Counted from the first letter of the stretch, positions 7,998 to 19,600 are shown. The stretch: DNA of 64,000 bases from an uncultured Bacteroides sp. (GCA_946628545.1 CAMOWU010000001.1:13319-77318), one strand, 5' to 3'. The notes: generated from the letters alone by a model not told the origin. Numbers and translations are program-made.

Positions 7998-10900
7998 TCA
8001 TCTCACATCTACCGACGTGCCTTTGCTATGTCCGGCGAAACTTGGAGAGTAGGCGCACTGCACGTTGGCCAGTCCGTCGGAATAGTGTCCGCTTCGCACC
8101 ACCACAAGGTTCATATCGAGCGTGCAGGTGCCACGGCGGAAGATATCGAAGAAATAGTCGGTATTGCTGTCGTGAACAGACTGATAGTAGCCTTGGCCCG
8201 TCTTGTAGCGATAACCAGAGAGTTGTTCCTTGGGTTCGAAACATGCCGCGCGCTGGCAACGCAGACTGACAAAGTCCATGTCGCGGTCGGCGGTGACAGT
8301 CAGACGTACGGTCACATTCTGTCCGATTTCCAGTTGTTCTCCCTCCTTCAAGTCGCGCATGGATGTGCTGCCATCAGCGTTTTTGGTCTCCACCAGATAT
8401 CGGCGGGTCACCTTGAGTTCTGTACCCACATCGCCCACATCCTCGCTCTTGGCTGTGTATTGCACATAGACCGCACCCCACGAGAGTCCAGGTGTGTCCT
8501 TGGTCACCTTCAACGTGTTGTTGGTCTGAACAGCAGTCTTAGGCACCACAGTCTTGAAATAGCCCAGTCCAGGTGTCATCTTGCCCATATCCACATCCTG
8601 ACCGTTGAGGGTGACTACGGGTCGTTGCGGATCGTGGAAGAACTCCTCCTGTGCTTGGTCGCCACTGAGCAGGAGGTCAACGGCATCGACAGTGTTGAGG
8701 GCATTGTCCCAAGCCTGTGTCTGCTTCTGGCTGATGAGCCAGAGCTGCATGTCGTGCAGATAGGAGTCGGAGTCGGCGAAGTCTGCGCGGAACTGCTTCA
8801 TGGCCTTCATGGCCGCGATCTGAGTGGGCAGTTTGTAATCGCGCCAAGAGTAGAGGGCACGCCCTGTGTTGTAGTGACGTCCCTGTCCTGGTGTGAGCAC
8901 TGAATACTCTCGCAGCGACTTCAGCAGTCCGAGAGCCGACTTATGACGGCCAGCGGCATCGAGCAGGACTGCTGTCTGTGCCCATCCGTAGATGGTGTAG
9001 TCCTTCTTCATGCGCTTCTCCACACAGTCGAGATAGTACTGCTGCAGTTTCTCCACTTGTGCGCTGTGCTTGTGCTTGGTGACAAGACTGACATAGAGAT
9101 AATGCAGATCGAATTCTGAGGGTTGTGGATGCTTGTCGTATTTGAGTCGTTCCTTGTAATCGTTGAGCACATCCTCGTCGAGCCAGTCGAGGGCCTTGTT
9201 CATCATCTTTTGGGTCTCTTCGTCGAGCAGTCCATGCAGGTGAAGCGACGCAAGATGTTCGGTCACAGTGAGCGTGGTCCAACTGCTGGCTTCCATGCCT
9301 TTGAACCAAGGCCAAGCACCGGTGTTGAACTGCAATTCACCGAGTTTCTTTGTTGCCACATTGATTCTGCGTTGCAGCAGGTTGTCGTCGAAGAGCTCCA
9401 CCAGTCTTGCCCGTTGTTCGGTCTCCTTGTCAGCGTAGAGCATCCATGGGGTCTCGCGCTGGACGATATTGCGCAATTCCTCGTTGCGCTCCAGTGGACT
9501 GGTCAGCTGTTCAGGCGCCTCATTCTTCCAAGCCTCGATGACGGTGCGGATGGCTGGCATACGCTCCACGAAATGCCGTGCGATGGCATTGGTGTAGAGC
9601 GAGGCACTATAACTGAAGGCATCGTCCTCTGTAGGTGTGGTGAGGGTCTGTATGGCCTGTATCACGGTCCATGCGGGTGTGTCGGTGTATTCGAGCGTGA
9701 TCTTGTCGTCGCTGTCGGCCGAGAAGGTATTCTGCGGCACCTTCACCTCAATGTCCTTACTGCCTTGTTCAATATAATAAGGTATAGTCTCAAGGACGCG
9801 CTGACGCGAGTCGAGCACAGGCAGATAGTTCTGCTCACCATCGCTGAAGTTGTCGCTCACAGCCACAATCTTGCAGACGAGCATCGGATGCTTGACATCG
9901 GCATCGTAGTCGAATGCCACCTGAGTTGTAGCGTTGGCATCGAGTGCGAATGGCACATCCTGTCGCGCCACTTCCTCGCCTGTGTCGGCATCGGTAAGCA
10001 ACATGGTTGCCGTTCCCTTGAGTGCCTTGTCAGTCTGGTTGATGACGGAGGCGGCAATCCTTGCCTTGTCTCCGTGGCGCAAGAACCGTGGCATATTGGG
10101 TTGCACCATGAAGTCTTTCTGTGCCTTTGCTCGGGAAGAGATCAGGCCATAGTCCATTTCCTTGGTGTTGGCGAATCCCAGGAATTGCCATTCAGTAAGG
10201 CTTTCTGGAAGGTGGAAGGCAATCTTCACGTTGCCGTCCTTGTCGGTGAGCAGGTTGGGCTGATAGAAGGCGGTTTCGGAGAAATCGGAACGTGTCTTCA
10301 CATGGTCGATGTCGGGCGACTCAGATGTGGATTCAGCACCACTGGCAGACACTTCTTCTTCAGCTTCATCAGATTCCGTTACACTGGCCTTTTGTGCCCC
10401 AACAGCCACTTCTCTCAACATGGGAGCATTCCTCATCACCACAGCACCAGCTACTGGAGCAGCGTCCAACGCCTCAGCGTCTGCATAGAAGACTCTGCGG
10501 TAGAAATTGACGGAACCATAATAGAGCGTATTGACATCGAAGAATTCCTGGCAATCGGAGAAGTCGGCAAGGAACTTGAGGTTGTCGAACTCTCTCCTGT
10601 ATTCCTCCGGCGCGACAAAATCGACTTTTCCATTGATTCGCAGCACCACAGGTTCATTGCCATAGCTTGCGGCGAGTCTGAAATGCGTCAGGCGTCGGTC
10701 GAAAAAAAAGCCGAATCTCCAGGAGTGCTTGTAGATTTGGTCGAGCGAGGCATCATACATGGTGGCAATCAAGTGTGCTTCGGCAGGTTTGTTGTCCTTG
10801 TCCTTGATGTTGAGCACCCATTCCTCGTCCTGACCAGGGAGCAACTTATCTCGGAATGTAGCCCACTCCAGTTTCAGATGCTTCTCGGGTCGTGCGAGTG

Positions 10901-13760
10901 CAAAAGTCCAGCTGCGGCTGTGCAACTCACCATCTTTCACATAGAAGATGAGCAAAGATACTCCATCGCCATATTCTTCCTTATACTTGATGTCGAAGAC
11001 TTTCATCTCCGCCTCTCCGTTGATGGGGCGGTATTCGATGAGTTCTCTTTCGGTCTTCAGATAGTAGTGCATATAGAGGTTGCCTTTCTCCTTGGGTGCG
11101 AAATAGACGCGTGCGCTCTTGGTGGAAGAGATGTTGGAATCCTCACAATAGAGCCAGTCGTCGGTGACGTCCATCTTCTTCTCTGTAGGAGAGAACACGA
11201 TGAACTTTGCATCCCTTGCCTCCACCTTTCGCCCTTTGGAGTCGGTAGATGTCATCTTGAGGACATAAGTGCCAGCTGGCATCTTGTCGAGTGGCAAGAC
11301 GATGGGGATGTCGGTCTGGAAGTCGGCTTGAGCCACCACTTGATTGTGGTCCGACCCTTTAACAATGCAGTACTGACCGCTCTTCTGCAACGCCTGGCCT
11401 TTGGGATTGGAGGCTTTGATAGTGAATTCCGCCTTTCCCTTGCTCTTGTCGATTACAGACTTGATATCAGCAGAAAGGGAGAACTCCTTGTCGGCCAGAG
11501 GAAGGATGATGCTGCATGTCTGTGTCTCGCCAGCAAGGTTGGTCACTTTTGCCGTGATGCGGTACATGACAATCTTGTCGTAAAAAGAAATGTAATCGTC
11601 GGGGGATTCGTCTTCATCCCCCTCCTCGTCCAACTCTTCTTCAGCGAGTTCAGGGTCAAAGAAGACAGGGATTGCGAATGAGCCGTCGTCACGTGTCTCC
11701 ACTTCACCGCTTTCCTGTTCATCCCATCTGCGATTCCAATAGGACCAGTAGTCGGTCTTGCAAGTCTCAATGGTGTATTTCACTTGTCCGCTTTGTACCG
11801 GTACCCCCGAGAAAAGTGTGGCAACGCCCTTCACCTCTATGGTGTCACCATAGTCATAGACATCTTCAAAGGGCTTCATTTCCGCCTCGAAAGTAGGTCT
11901 CTTATACTCTTCCACTCTGACGTAAGATCTGCCATCGGCAAACTCCAATCGGTAAGATCCCAGCACACTGGTTTCTGCCGGTATCTGGAAATCGGCCGAT
12001 GCCAGTCCGAAGGCATCGGTGGTGACGGTCAAGGTATCTACCGTCCTGTAGTTCACGTCCTTGAGTGTGAACTTAGCCGTCTTGTTCTCCATGACATTTA
12101 CTTGGTCGCCACATTTGCTGTAGGCGATGACGGAGGCATGTATGGTCTGTCCTTGCCTGTAGATGGAACGGTCGGTGAAGATCTGATAGTAAGTCCTGTA
12201 TTCTCCATCGGAGGAAAGGGAACCTACACCTACATTTCTTTCGATTTCCAACGATTTGTCTTTGGGTGTGCGCACAGCCTGGAGGGTATAGTAGCTGTTC
12301 TCAAACTCTGGGTCGCTTTTGTAGTCGAAGATGGCTATGCCCTGCGCATTAGTCCGTAAGGTTTGCGTCTTGCTTTTCTCATCTTCCTCGTCTCGATATC
12401 GTCCCCACCGGCCTTTCTTCAACTTCCTCACGACCTCGCAGTTGGCAACGGGTGCCCCAGTGGTGATATCCACCACATGCACTTTGAGTTTTCCGCGTTG
12501 ATAGCGATCTCGGTCGTCATCAGTAGGGATGCCGACAGCAGTCAGCATGGTGGTGCCCACATGTATCTGTGTGGCCTCAGTGTCGAAGCCACCTAAGAGG
12601 TTGATGGAGTACTCCCCTGCCCCAAGTGCCACATAGACGGTGTCGCACTGCTCCTGCAGATTCTTGGTGTAGGTCAGTTCCTTTTCCACCACTTTCTTTT
12701 TGCCATCGAGGATGACGAGAGTCAGGTGATCGACATTGGTATATCTGATGGCGATGGGAATCCGATCGGATGGCGCCTGATAATAGGTTACACTGGCTCT
12801 TGCACTCGGGCAAAGCAATGATTCCCGCAATGACTTAAGGTATTTCTGTCGTTTGGTTCCGTTGGTTTGGTCGATAGCCTTGTTGAGGAAATCGAGCTCT
12901 TCCTGCTTGTCGGTGATGAAATACTTATGATAGACGATGCTGATGTCGGCGATAAGTTCCTTGTCGCTAGTTGCTGCCAACATCTGTTGGAGCCTGTCGC
13001 GCAGCTCCACGTATCGTGCATGGTATTTGCTGTTTTCCTTGCGGGCCAAATGTAGCGGCATGTCAGCACACTCAGTCTGAATGCGCTTGAGTTCCACCAG
13101 GGCGGCTTCAGTGGCGCGGCCTTCCTGCGTGTAGAAGTCTTTGATTCTTCCAAGCATGGCAAGCCGTTCGTCCACCTCCATGAGATCGGACGAGAGTACG
13201 ATAGAGGCAATCATCGACAGGACGTCGTTGCCAAAGAAATGCTCGGAGTCTTTGTAGAGTTTGGTCAAGGGATCGAAATCAGTGGTTTTCACCTCAGCCA
13301 GTGGTTTGAAATCCACCAAAGCGCTGTTGAGCAATTCTTTGCGACGTGCCTTCCCTCCTGCCTTGGTGTCGTCGTCGCGGATGTTATAATAGGATTCGAA
13401 TCCCTCATAAGTTGTGGCGATCAACACACTGAGCATGGCTCGCTGGACAGGGTCGGTGGTCTGCGCGAGTTGTTCTTCCAATTTGGCGATGTCACCTTTT
13501 AGGCTGTCGGGGTCGAGTTCTTCCTGCAGAGAGAGTCTGACAAACTTCGCCTGTATCATCTGATTGAAATTGCCTTCTTTCTCCGCTTTCCGAATGATAT
13601 CGTCCACACTGCTGAGCGCGGACTTGGGCAGTCGTTCGGTCCTGAACTTAGCCACATCGCTCCACATGCTGTCGTAGCTTTTCTGCCCGAATAAGTCCAT
13701 AATCGAAAAAACCATAATAGTCAGGATAAAGATTCTGAGGTTGAACATTCTTTTCATCAT
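7998..13760 (-). CDS. Alpha-2-macroglobulin family protein (large MG-domain protease-trap-like protein), no thioester motif
   Basis: 1920 aa with a signal peptide. An MG-domain start signature is present (YYQIFTDRSIYRQGQTIHASVIAY). The family block SETAFYQPNLLTDKDGNVKIAFHLPESLTEWQFLGFANTKEMDYG is also present. No Cys is followed by xEQ anywhere in the translation. Confidence 0.85.
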   Translation of the reverse strand: MMKRMFNLRIFILTIMVFSIMDLFGQKSYDSMWSDVAKFRTERLPKSALSSVDDIIRKAEKEGNFNQMIQAKFVRLSLQEELDPDSLKGDIAKLEEQLAQTTDPVQRAMLSVLIATTYEGFESYYNIRDDDTKAGGKARRKELLNSALVDFKPLAEVKTTDFDPLTKLYKDSEHFFGNDVLSMIASIVLSSDLMEVDERLAMLGRIKDFYTQEGRATEAALVELKRIQTECADMPLHLARKENSKYHARYVELRDRLQQMLAATSDKELIADISIVYHKYFITDKQEELDFLNKAIDQTNGTKRQKYLKSLRESLLCPSARASVTYYQAPSDRIPIAIRYTNVDHLTLVILDGKKKVVEKELTYTKNLQEQCDTVYVALGAGEYSINLLGGFDTEATQIHVGTTMLTAVGIPTDDDRDRYQRGKLKVHVVDITTGAPVANCEVVRKLKKGRWGRYRDEEDEKSKTQTLRTNAQGIAIFDYKSDPEFENSYYTLQAVRTPKDKSLEIERNVGVGSLSSDGEYRTYYQIFTDRSIYRQGQTIHASVIAYSKCGDQVNVMENKTAKFTLKDVNYRTVDTLTVTTDAFGLASADFQIPAETSVLGSYRLEFADGRSYVRVEEYKRPTFEAEMKPFEDVYDYGDTIEVKGVATLFSGVPVQSGQVKYTIETCKTDYWSYWNRRWDEQESGEVETRDDGSFAIPVFFDPELAEEELDEEGDEDESPDDYISFYDKIVMYRITAKVTNLAGETQTCSIILPLADKEFSLSADIKSVIDKSKGKAEFTIKASNPKGQALQKSGQYCIVKGSDHNQVVAQADFQTDIPIVLPLDKMPAGTYVLKMTSTDSKGRKVEARDAKFIVFSPTEKKMDVTDDWLYCEDSNISSTKSARVYFAPKEKGNLYMHYYLKTERELIEYRPINGEAEMKVFDIKYKEEYGDGVSLLIFYVKDGELHSRSWTFALARPEKHLKLEWATFRDKLLPGQDEEWVLNIKDKDNKPAEAHLIATMYDASLDQIYKHSWRFGFFFDRRLTHFRLAASYGNEPVVLRINGKVDFVAPEEYRREFDNLKFLADFSDCQEFFDVNTLYYGSVNFYRRVFYADAEALDAAPVAGAVVMRNAPMLREVAVGAQKASVTESDEAEEEVSASGAESTSESPDIDHVKTRSDFSETAFYQPNLLTDKDGNVKIAFHLPESLTEWQFLGFANTKEMDYGLISSRAKAQKDFMVQPNMPRFLRHGDKARIAASVINQTDKALKGTATMLLTDADTGEEVARQDVPFALDANATTQVAFDYDADVKHPMLVCKIVAVSDNFSDGEQNYLPVLDSRQRVLETIPYYIEQGSKDIEVKVPQNTFSADSDDKITLEYTDTPAWTVIQAIQTLTTPTEDDAFSYSASLYTNAIARHFVERMPAIRTVIEAWKNEAPEQLTSPLERNEELRNIVQRETPWMLYADKETEQRARLVELFDDNLLQRRINVATKKLGELQFNTGAWPWFKGMEASSWTTLTVTEHLASLHLHGLLDEETQKMMNKALDWLDEDVLNDYKERLKYDKHPQPSEFDLHYLYVSLVTKHKHSAQVEKLQQYYLDCVEKRMKKDYTIYGWAQTAVLLDAAGRHKSALGLLKSLREYSVLTPGQGRHYNTGRALYSWRDYKLPTQIAAMKAMKQFRADFADSDSYLHDMQLWLISQKQTQAWDNALNTVDAVDLLLSGDQAQEEFFHDPQRPVVTLNGQDVDMGKMTPGLGYFKTVVPKTAVQTNNTLKVTKDTPGLSWGAVYVQYTAKSEDVGDVGTELKVTRRYLVETKNADGSTSMRDLKEGEQLEIGQNVTVRLTVTADRDMDFVSLRCQRAACFEPKEQLSGYRYKTGQGYYQSVHDSNTDYFFDIFRRGTCTLDMNLVVVRSGHYSDGLANVQCAYSPSFAGHSKGTSVDVR

Positions 13761-13989
13761 TGATCATAAGTTTTTATGTCCAGCACAAAAGGGCTGGCAG
13801 GTTGCATAAAAAGTTACTTACTCTCTCCATACTGGACTTGCAAAACATCATCAGACGCCCAGCAACCAGCATTCGACCACAAATTAAACACTATTTTCGC
13901 AAGTGACCAAACAAGATGTGATAAAAAACGAAAAATTATGATTAAGAATGCAAATCCAACATCAACCAGTCACCCTGACATACGAAACT

Positions 13990-15219
13990 TCATCTTCCAC
14001 ACAACACTTGATGCAGACGAGGCAAGAACTTCTGCAAAAGGATTGAGGCCAACATACAAAGAGAGACAACCAGAAACACCTTTAAGGCAAAAAGCAAAAG
14101 GACAAGACATGGATACGACGTAGCCACCTCCATCATTCTCATACTATAGAATCCTGTGAGAACTACACATAATTGGTTCACGAAGTAGGTAACATCAAGG
14201 ATAATAAAAGCATGAAGGGCATAAATCATAAAGGAAGTACCCTGCCATCTGGTCAGGGCATGCCTGAGAAAAGCGAACAATCTGTTTCCGTTGCTTCTTT
14301 TCAACAGCCATGAAGTGCAATTCAACACAGTCATCAATTCGAACAACATATAAAACGGATGCAAAGACCTACCCTCATCCGACAAAAGAAAACCATAATG
14401 CAGTTCGACCATCAACAAGCAGCATGTCACAATACCTATCAGTTTTCGCTTAGCGTAAAAGAATTCAGACAAGTCTATGCCATTCAACGAGAAAAAGGCA
14501 CCTAAACCAAAAAAGAAAAAGCCCTCTGAACTAAAACCGGAAAGGACAAAGGATGTTTTTGTGACAAACAGAAATGCCAATATGCCAATTGTTGCAACAG
14601 CCAGTGGAGCATAACGCTTGCCACGGGAGTGTAAGAGACAATAAAAAAGAGGCGTTAAGATGCTCAGCACAAGCAAGTTCCTGATATAATAGAAAGGCAA
14701 AAGGATGGGGTTGCGGGATGAAGCTGGATTACCCCACATATCAACAGCTTCAGGGTTCAATACCCTGCCGTCCCAATATAAGCCACGCAAACCTCCATGA
14801 GCGGATATCCAAGCTACAATCGACTCATAGGACTGGCCGTGAAAAAGACAATCAGCAAGCTCCGGACCTATCAAGTAGAGAATGTAAAGCGTGTTCCAAA
14901 GCAGGTAAGGAATCAGAAGCGAGCGGACCCGACGCATCATTTTTCGCTTCCATACCTTGAAGTCCCAATCATCCAAGTGAATGAAAAACAAATAGCCTGA
15001 TATCAAATAGAAAAACTGTATTAACGAGGAAAACAAGAGCCTGGAAAACAAGAGCGCCTCAGCAACGACATTACTTCCAAGGCTTTGTGTTGGCAATTGA
15101 TCCCAATGCCAACCTTCGATAGTAAAAAAGCAATGGTGCACCACGACAAACACCATCATGGGGTAGCGCAGCACATTGATGAATTCAAAGGTAACAGACT
15201 TTTGCTCTTGCATTGACAT
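13990..15219 (-). CDS. Acyltransferase family 3 (OafA/YrhL-like) integral membrane protein
   Basis: It is a multi-TM protein with the N-terminal block FEFINVLRYPMMVFVVVHHCF typical of acyltransferase_3. The listed start at 15285 is a TTG directly after the upstream stop, so ATG 15219 (MSMQEQK) is preferred. Confidence 0.75.
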   Translation of the reverse strand: MSMQEQKSVTFEFINVLRYPMMVFVVVHHCFFTIEGWHWDQLPTQSLGSNVVAEALLFSRLLFSSLIQFFYLISGYLFFIHLDDWDFKVWKRKMMRRVRSLLIPYLLWNTLYILYLIGPELADCLFHGQSYESIVAWISAHGGLRGLYWDGRVLNPEAVDMWGNPASSRNPILLPFYYIRNLLVLSILTPLFYCLLHSRGKRYAPLAVATIGILAFLFVTKTSFVLSGFSSEGFFFFGLGAFFSLNGIDLSEFFYAKRKLIGIVTCCLLMVELHYGFLLSDEGRSLHPFYMLFELMTVLNCTSWLLKRSNGNRLFAFLRHALTRWQGTSFMIYALHAFIILDVTYFVNQLCVVLTGFYSMRMMEVATSYPCLVLLLFALKVFLVVSLCMLASILLQKFLPRLHQVLCGR

Positions 15220-15285
15220 TTTTACGGACAGTAATAAAAAAGGGAGCACTCCCACCCCGCTCAGATGGGATGTGCTCCCAAACAA

Positions 15286-16245
15286 CTATTTGTCGAGGTC
15301 GATCAGTTCGTATTTCTTGCTTCCCAGACCGATTTTCTCTGCGTAATCGGTGATGTAGGTGCCGTGCTGACGGTTGATGCGCTCAATGAGTGGTTTGTTG
15401 TCGTCGCCTGGCTTGCCTTGATAGTTGAACACTTTGTCGAGACATGCTTGGTCAACAGCCACGGGGTCGAGACTGGCAAGAATGCCCATGTCCTTGAGTT
15501 TGGGTTCAGCGGGATGTCCGTCGCAGTCGCAATCCACCGACATGTTGTTCATCACGTTGATGTAGATCACCTTGCCGTTCATGTAGTTGTGGACAGCCTG
15601 CGCGGCGGCAGCCATAGACTCGAGGAAGTGGTCCTGAGTGGGACCGGCTGCGATATTTTCGGGTGTCCAAGCCAATTTGACATCGTCGGTCTTACCGGCT
15701 GAATGGATATATGCCTTTCCGGCAGTGGAAGCCACACCGATGCTGGCGTTCTTCAGCACTCCACCGAAACCACCCATGGCGTGGCCCTTGAAATGTGCGA
15801 GGTTGATCATGAAATCGTAGTTAGGCAAATGACCGCCCACGATGTCATATTTGATGTGCTTACGATCCTGCACAGGGATTCGGATCTGGTCGTACTCGTC
15901 CATGATATCCACGGCGAAAAGGGAGTCAAAACCATGCTCGTGGATAGTCTGCCAGTGCTGGCCTTTGTCCTGGCGTGTGCCACCGTAGGCCGTACAGCAC
16001 TCCACGATAGTGCCATTGACTTCTTCTACCAAGTTGCGGATGAGCGTAGGCTTGAGATAATGGGTGTTGCCTCCCTCGCCGGTAGATATTTTCACAGCCA
16101 CCCTTCCTTCAGCCTCCACACCTAAGGCTTTATAAATCTTGACCAGCGACTCGGGAGTGATCTCGCGGGTGAAATACACTTTGGATTGTGCATGGGCACC
16201 TGCACTCAGCAATGCCACAAATAAAGTCAGTAGTAATCTCATCAT
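15286..16245 (-). CDS. DUF362-like domain protein with signal peptide
   Basis: The signal peptide is MMRLLLTLFVALLSAGAHAQ. The blocks RVAVKISTGEGGN and INLAHFKGHAMGGFGGVLKNASIG resemble the DUF362 core. A C-terminal Cys/Asp/His cluster (SVDCDCDGHP) suggests metal binding. Confidence 0.6.
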   Translation of the reverse strand: MMRLLLTLFVALLSAGAHAQSKVYFTREITPESLVKIYKALGVEAEGRVAVKISTGEGGNTHYLKPTLIRNLVEEVNGTIVECCTAYGGTRQDKGQHWQTIHEHGFDSLFAVDIMDEYDQIRIPVQDRKHIKYDIVGGHLPNYDFMINLAHFKGHAMGGFGGVLKNASIGVASTAGKAYIHSAGKTDDVKLAWTPENIAAGPTQDHFLESMAAAAQAVHNYMNGKVIYINVMNNMSVDCDCDGHPAEPKLKDMGILASLDPVAVDQACLDKVFNYQGKPGDDNKPLIERINRQHGTYITDYAEKIGLGSKKYELIDLDK

Positions 16246-16282
16246 TTTTCCTTACATTAAAAAAACATTACTTTATCTCATG

Positions 16283-16290
16283 CAAAATTA
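16283..16290 (-). promoter_or_regulatory. Bacteroidota -7 promoter box (TAATTTTG) for the DUF362 gene
   Basis: The plus-strand sequence caaaatta is TAATTTTG on the minus strand, about 40 nt upstream of ATG 16245. It matches the TAnnTTTG consensus. Single boxes also occur by chance. Confidence 0.4.
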
Positions 16291-16499
16291 ATCATTTCGA
16301 TTGGTTTTTAAACGAAAAAGTTTGTTTGTTTATCATTTTTTATCTTTATTTGCCACAGAATACCGAAAAAACGCACTTTCCAGCGATAGCCAAAGGCCGA
16401 CAGCCCGTCTTCACGACCTAATTCCACGGGGTTTGCAAATATGTTTCAAACAAAGAAATTCATGTTACAAACTATGATACATGCTTTCAAAAGCTGTTG

Positions 16500-16507
16500 T
16501 AACTTTG
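16500..16507 (+). promoter_or_regulatory. Bacteroidota -7 promoter box (TAACTTTG) for the T9SS cargo gene
   Basis: taactttg followed by cac lies about 117 nt upstream of ATG 16624. Confidence 0.4.
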
Positions 16508-16623
16508 CACCCGTCTAACCATGCTTTTCGAAAAACAAAGGCTTCAGGCAACAGACAACGAATGATGATACAGAACTTCGAGAAAACAAACCAAAAACAT
16601 CAATAATTCACTAACTAAAAGCA

Positions 16624-19600
16624 ATGCTTATGAAAAAGAAATCATTACTCATCGCATCGGCACTCATGCTGGCTGGCGCAGCCAACGCACAGCAGGTGCT
16701 GAAGATTGGTTTCGAAGCAAACGAGAGCAAGGGTGTCTATACCACCAAGGACAGCACCCAGTTCGCTGGTTTCTTCGCAGACCACATCAACCTTCAGGCA
16801 GGCGACGTGTGGAACGAAGCTTCAACCGAGGCCCACACAGGTTCAGCCGCACTTGAGGTCAACAACTCCGGCATCGCAGCCGGCAATCCATGGGACCGCG
16901 GTTTCAAAATCCGCAACATCTCCCTGGAGCCAGCCACAAGCTACCGCATCTCTTACTGGGTGAAAGCCGATCCGACCTACATCACTGATGATGGCAGCAA
17001 CGGCAACACCTCCATCAAGAACTCACTCTCCATCGGTTTCGAACAGGTTGAGGCTCCTATCGTCTCTCCTTCAGGCACTGAGTACTACTACAACTACACC
17101 AGTGGCATGAACAGCGACTGGCGCAAGATCAGCAACTTGACCTTCTTCACTGACAAAGCCACCCAGGATGCTGTCTTCACCAAATACAGCAAGAACGTGA
17201 AGGAAATCACTGAGGCTGGCGACACCATCTTCTACAGCGACGGCATGACCGCTTTCGCCGACCAGTATTTCATCACCATCAACCTCTACAATCCCGGTAT
17301 CTACTACCTCGACGATATCGTGTTGGAGAAAGCCACTATCGCCGGCATTGAGTTCAACGACTATGCCATCCGCGCAGATTTCGGTTATCCCACCAACATC
17401 GACGAGCTGGCTAAGGCCAACGGTGGCAGCGTGTCGGTTGACCCCTCTTGTGTGAAGGTACTTGTCAACGGCACTGAGACCAAGGCTGACTATGTGGAAG
17501 GTAAGCCCGACGGCTTCCTCTACATCTTCTTCGAGGAGACAGAGCTCCAGCCTTCTGATGAAGTGAAGGTCAGCTTCACTCCCGCAGCCGACTGCCCATT
17601 CCAGTACAACACCGACCGCCGTCCTTCTACAGACGTGGAGAGCGAGATGGTGCTGCTTCCTTTCGCCGACGAAGTGGGTATCTTCAACGGCTACATCGAG
17701 GAAATCCCCGACGCATGGACCGCTCCTGAACTCGTGAGCACCACCCCTGAGAACGAGTCATTCGAACTCGACGGTGCAAAACTCGGTCAGGTTTCGTTCA
17801 CCTATGACAAACCTATCGACATCACCTCTACTTCCGTAGTGATCAGCAGCAATGGTAAGACCACTGACCTTACCAACAACATCTCTGTGGCTGCCGACGG
17901 TGTGACTCTGGTTGTTCCTGTTGGCACTCTGGCCGACGGTGAATACACCATCACAGTCAATGGCATCGCCAGTGCTTTCGGTGAGCAAGCCATCAGCGAC
18001 CAGACACTTTCTATCCAGACTGGTAAGGACACAGACACATCTACATCTGAGGTGATCTACGACTCTAACTTCGAGAACGAGCCAACAGGTTGCATTCCTG
18101 TAGGTTGGATCACTTTCAATGAGGCTGGATTCCACCTCTATGGCTTCAACGACGACGGCAGCCAGTACAACTACAACTGGGGCGGCAATCCTGGTGGTGG
18201 TGGCACCCGTCTATACGAGGGCTTCAGTGGCGACTTTGTGAAAGCCATGTATTGGGGTACTCGTGGAACCAACGAAGGTTATTGCACATTCGGCGAGCAG
18301 GTGAAAGACTACATCCTCACCGATGGCAGCATCGACCCCGAAATGCCTGAAGAAGTGGCGCTCAAGCTCGAAGGCCGCAAGTATCAGGTGAGCTTCCTGA
18401 TGGCAGCATGGAAGGGTGAGCCTCGCTTCACCTTCACTATGGAAGACCTCGACGGCAACGTCTATGCACAGTTCTCCGACATCCTCGCTTCTCCCAATGT
18501 AAACGGCGTACAGGGCAAGGTTTCCGGATCAGTGGCTTGCGTCACCGACTTCACACTTCCCAAGGATGGTTATTACGTGATGCGCTTCACTTCTCAGGAA
18601 GCACAGTGGCAGGAGTTCCTGCTGGCCGACCTGAAGGTGATCACCATGCCATCGAAGGCAGCCTTCTACAAGCAGAAGCTTGCTGTGGCTGTCGAGGCCG
18701 CCAAGGCCGCTCTTGCAGCCGCTGAGGACGCTTCTTACGAAGGCGACACCAAGACAGCCCTTGTTAACGAAATCGCTACAGCTGAGGCTGGTGGCTACAC
18801 CGCTCCATCTGAGGTGAATGCCGAAATCGCTAAACTCGAGTCTCTTGCCGCAGCCTTCACTGCCCGCGTGAAGAACATCGACGACTTCAACGTAGCTATG
18901 GCAGAGGCTGAGATCGCAATGGCTGAACTCACCGACACCAAGTATGTCAACACCGACGCTTATCAGACCGCCAGCGGCATCATGGATCAGTATAAGAATA
19001 CCAACCCATCCGAACTGGCTGACGATATCCTCGCCGACATCGCTCCAAAACTGACCAACGCTGCCGCTCAGCTCGCCAAAGTGAAGGATTGCTCCGACCT
19101 CCTCACTTGGGGTATCTACAAGGCCACTCAGACTGCCGGTATCATCGGCACTAACGGTGAGGAAGAACTCAACGCCGCCTTCAACGCTGTCACCGACGAC
19201 CGCGACGTGGCAAGAGCACTCAACACCCTCAACAAATACCGCATCTATGAACTCATCATCAACAACGAGTTCTCTGAGGACTACATAACCGAACTCTACG
19301 ACAACATCGTTGCTGACTCTCTCGTGGTGAAGGGTATCGAACTCACTGGCGCCATCCAGAATCCTAAGTTCTACCGTGAGTTTGGCAAAGACGGATTCCC
19401 CGGCTGGACCATCACAGGAACCACTCCAGGTTTCGCAGGTACCGCTCCTTCTGAAATCGAATACGTCACAGCAGGTGGTATCAACAGCTACGGCAACAAC
19501 AACTACGACATGTCGCAGACACTCGAAGACCTGCCAGTAGGTATCTACGCTGTAGAGATCGACACCCGTACTCCTGACAACTGCAAGCCTATCAACGGTT

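Noticed and set aside
9920-9960. The DGEQN sequence (..NFSDGEQNYLPVL..) and a CGDQ sequence (..AYSKCGDQVNV..) in the A2M protein as possible thioester sites. Coordinates are approximate for the first.
   Set aside because: DGEQN has Asp where the thioester Cys is required. CGDQ has Asp instead of Glu and lies in an N-terminal MG domain, far from the TED-like region. Neither fits a functional CxEQ thioester.
9123-11681. An 852-aa ORF on the plus strand, antisense to the alpha-2-macroglobulin gene.
   Set aside because: It lies entirely inside a 1920-aa gene that has clear family motifs on the other strand. The translation is low-complexity (H/V/L/G/R-rich) with no recognisable motif. It is a typical shadow ORF of a codon-biased gene.
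13776-14123. A 115-aa plus-strand ORF in the A2M/acyltransferase intergenic region.
   Set aside because: It overlaps the 3' end of the acyltransferase gene on the opposite strand. It has no signal, no motif and no promoter box, and its composition is A-rich and low-complexity.
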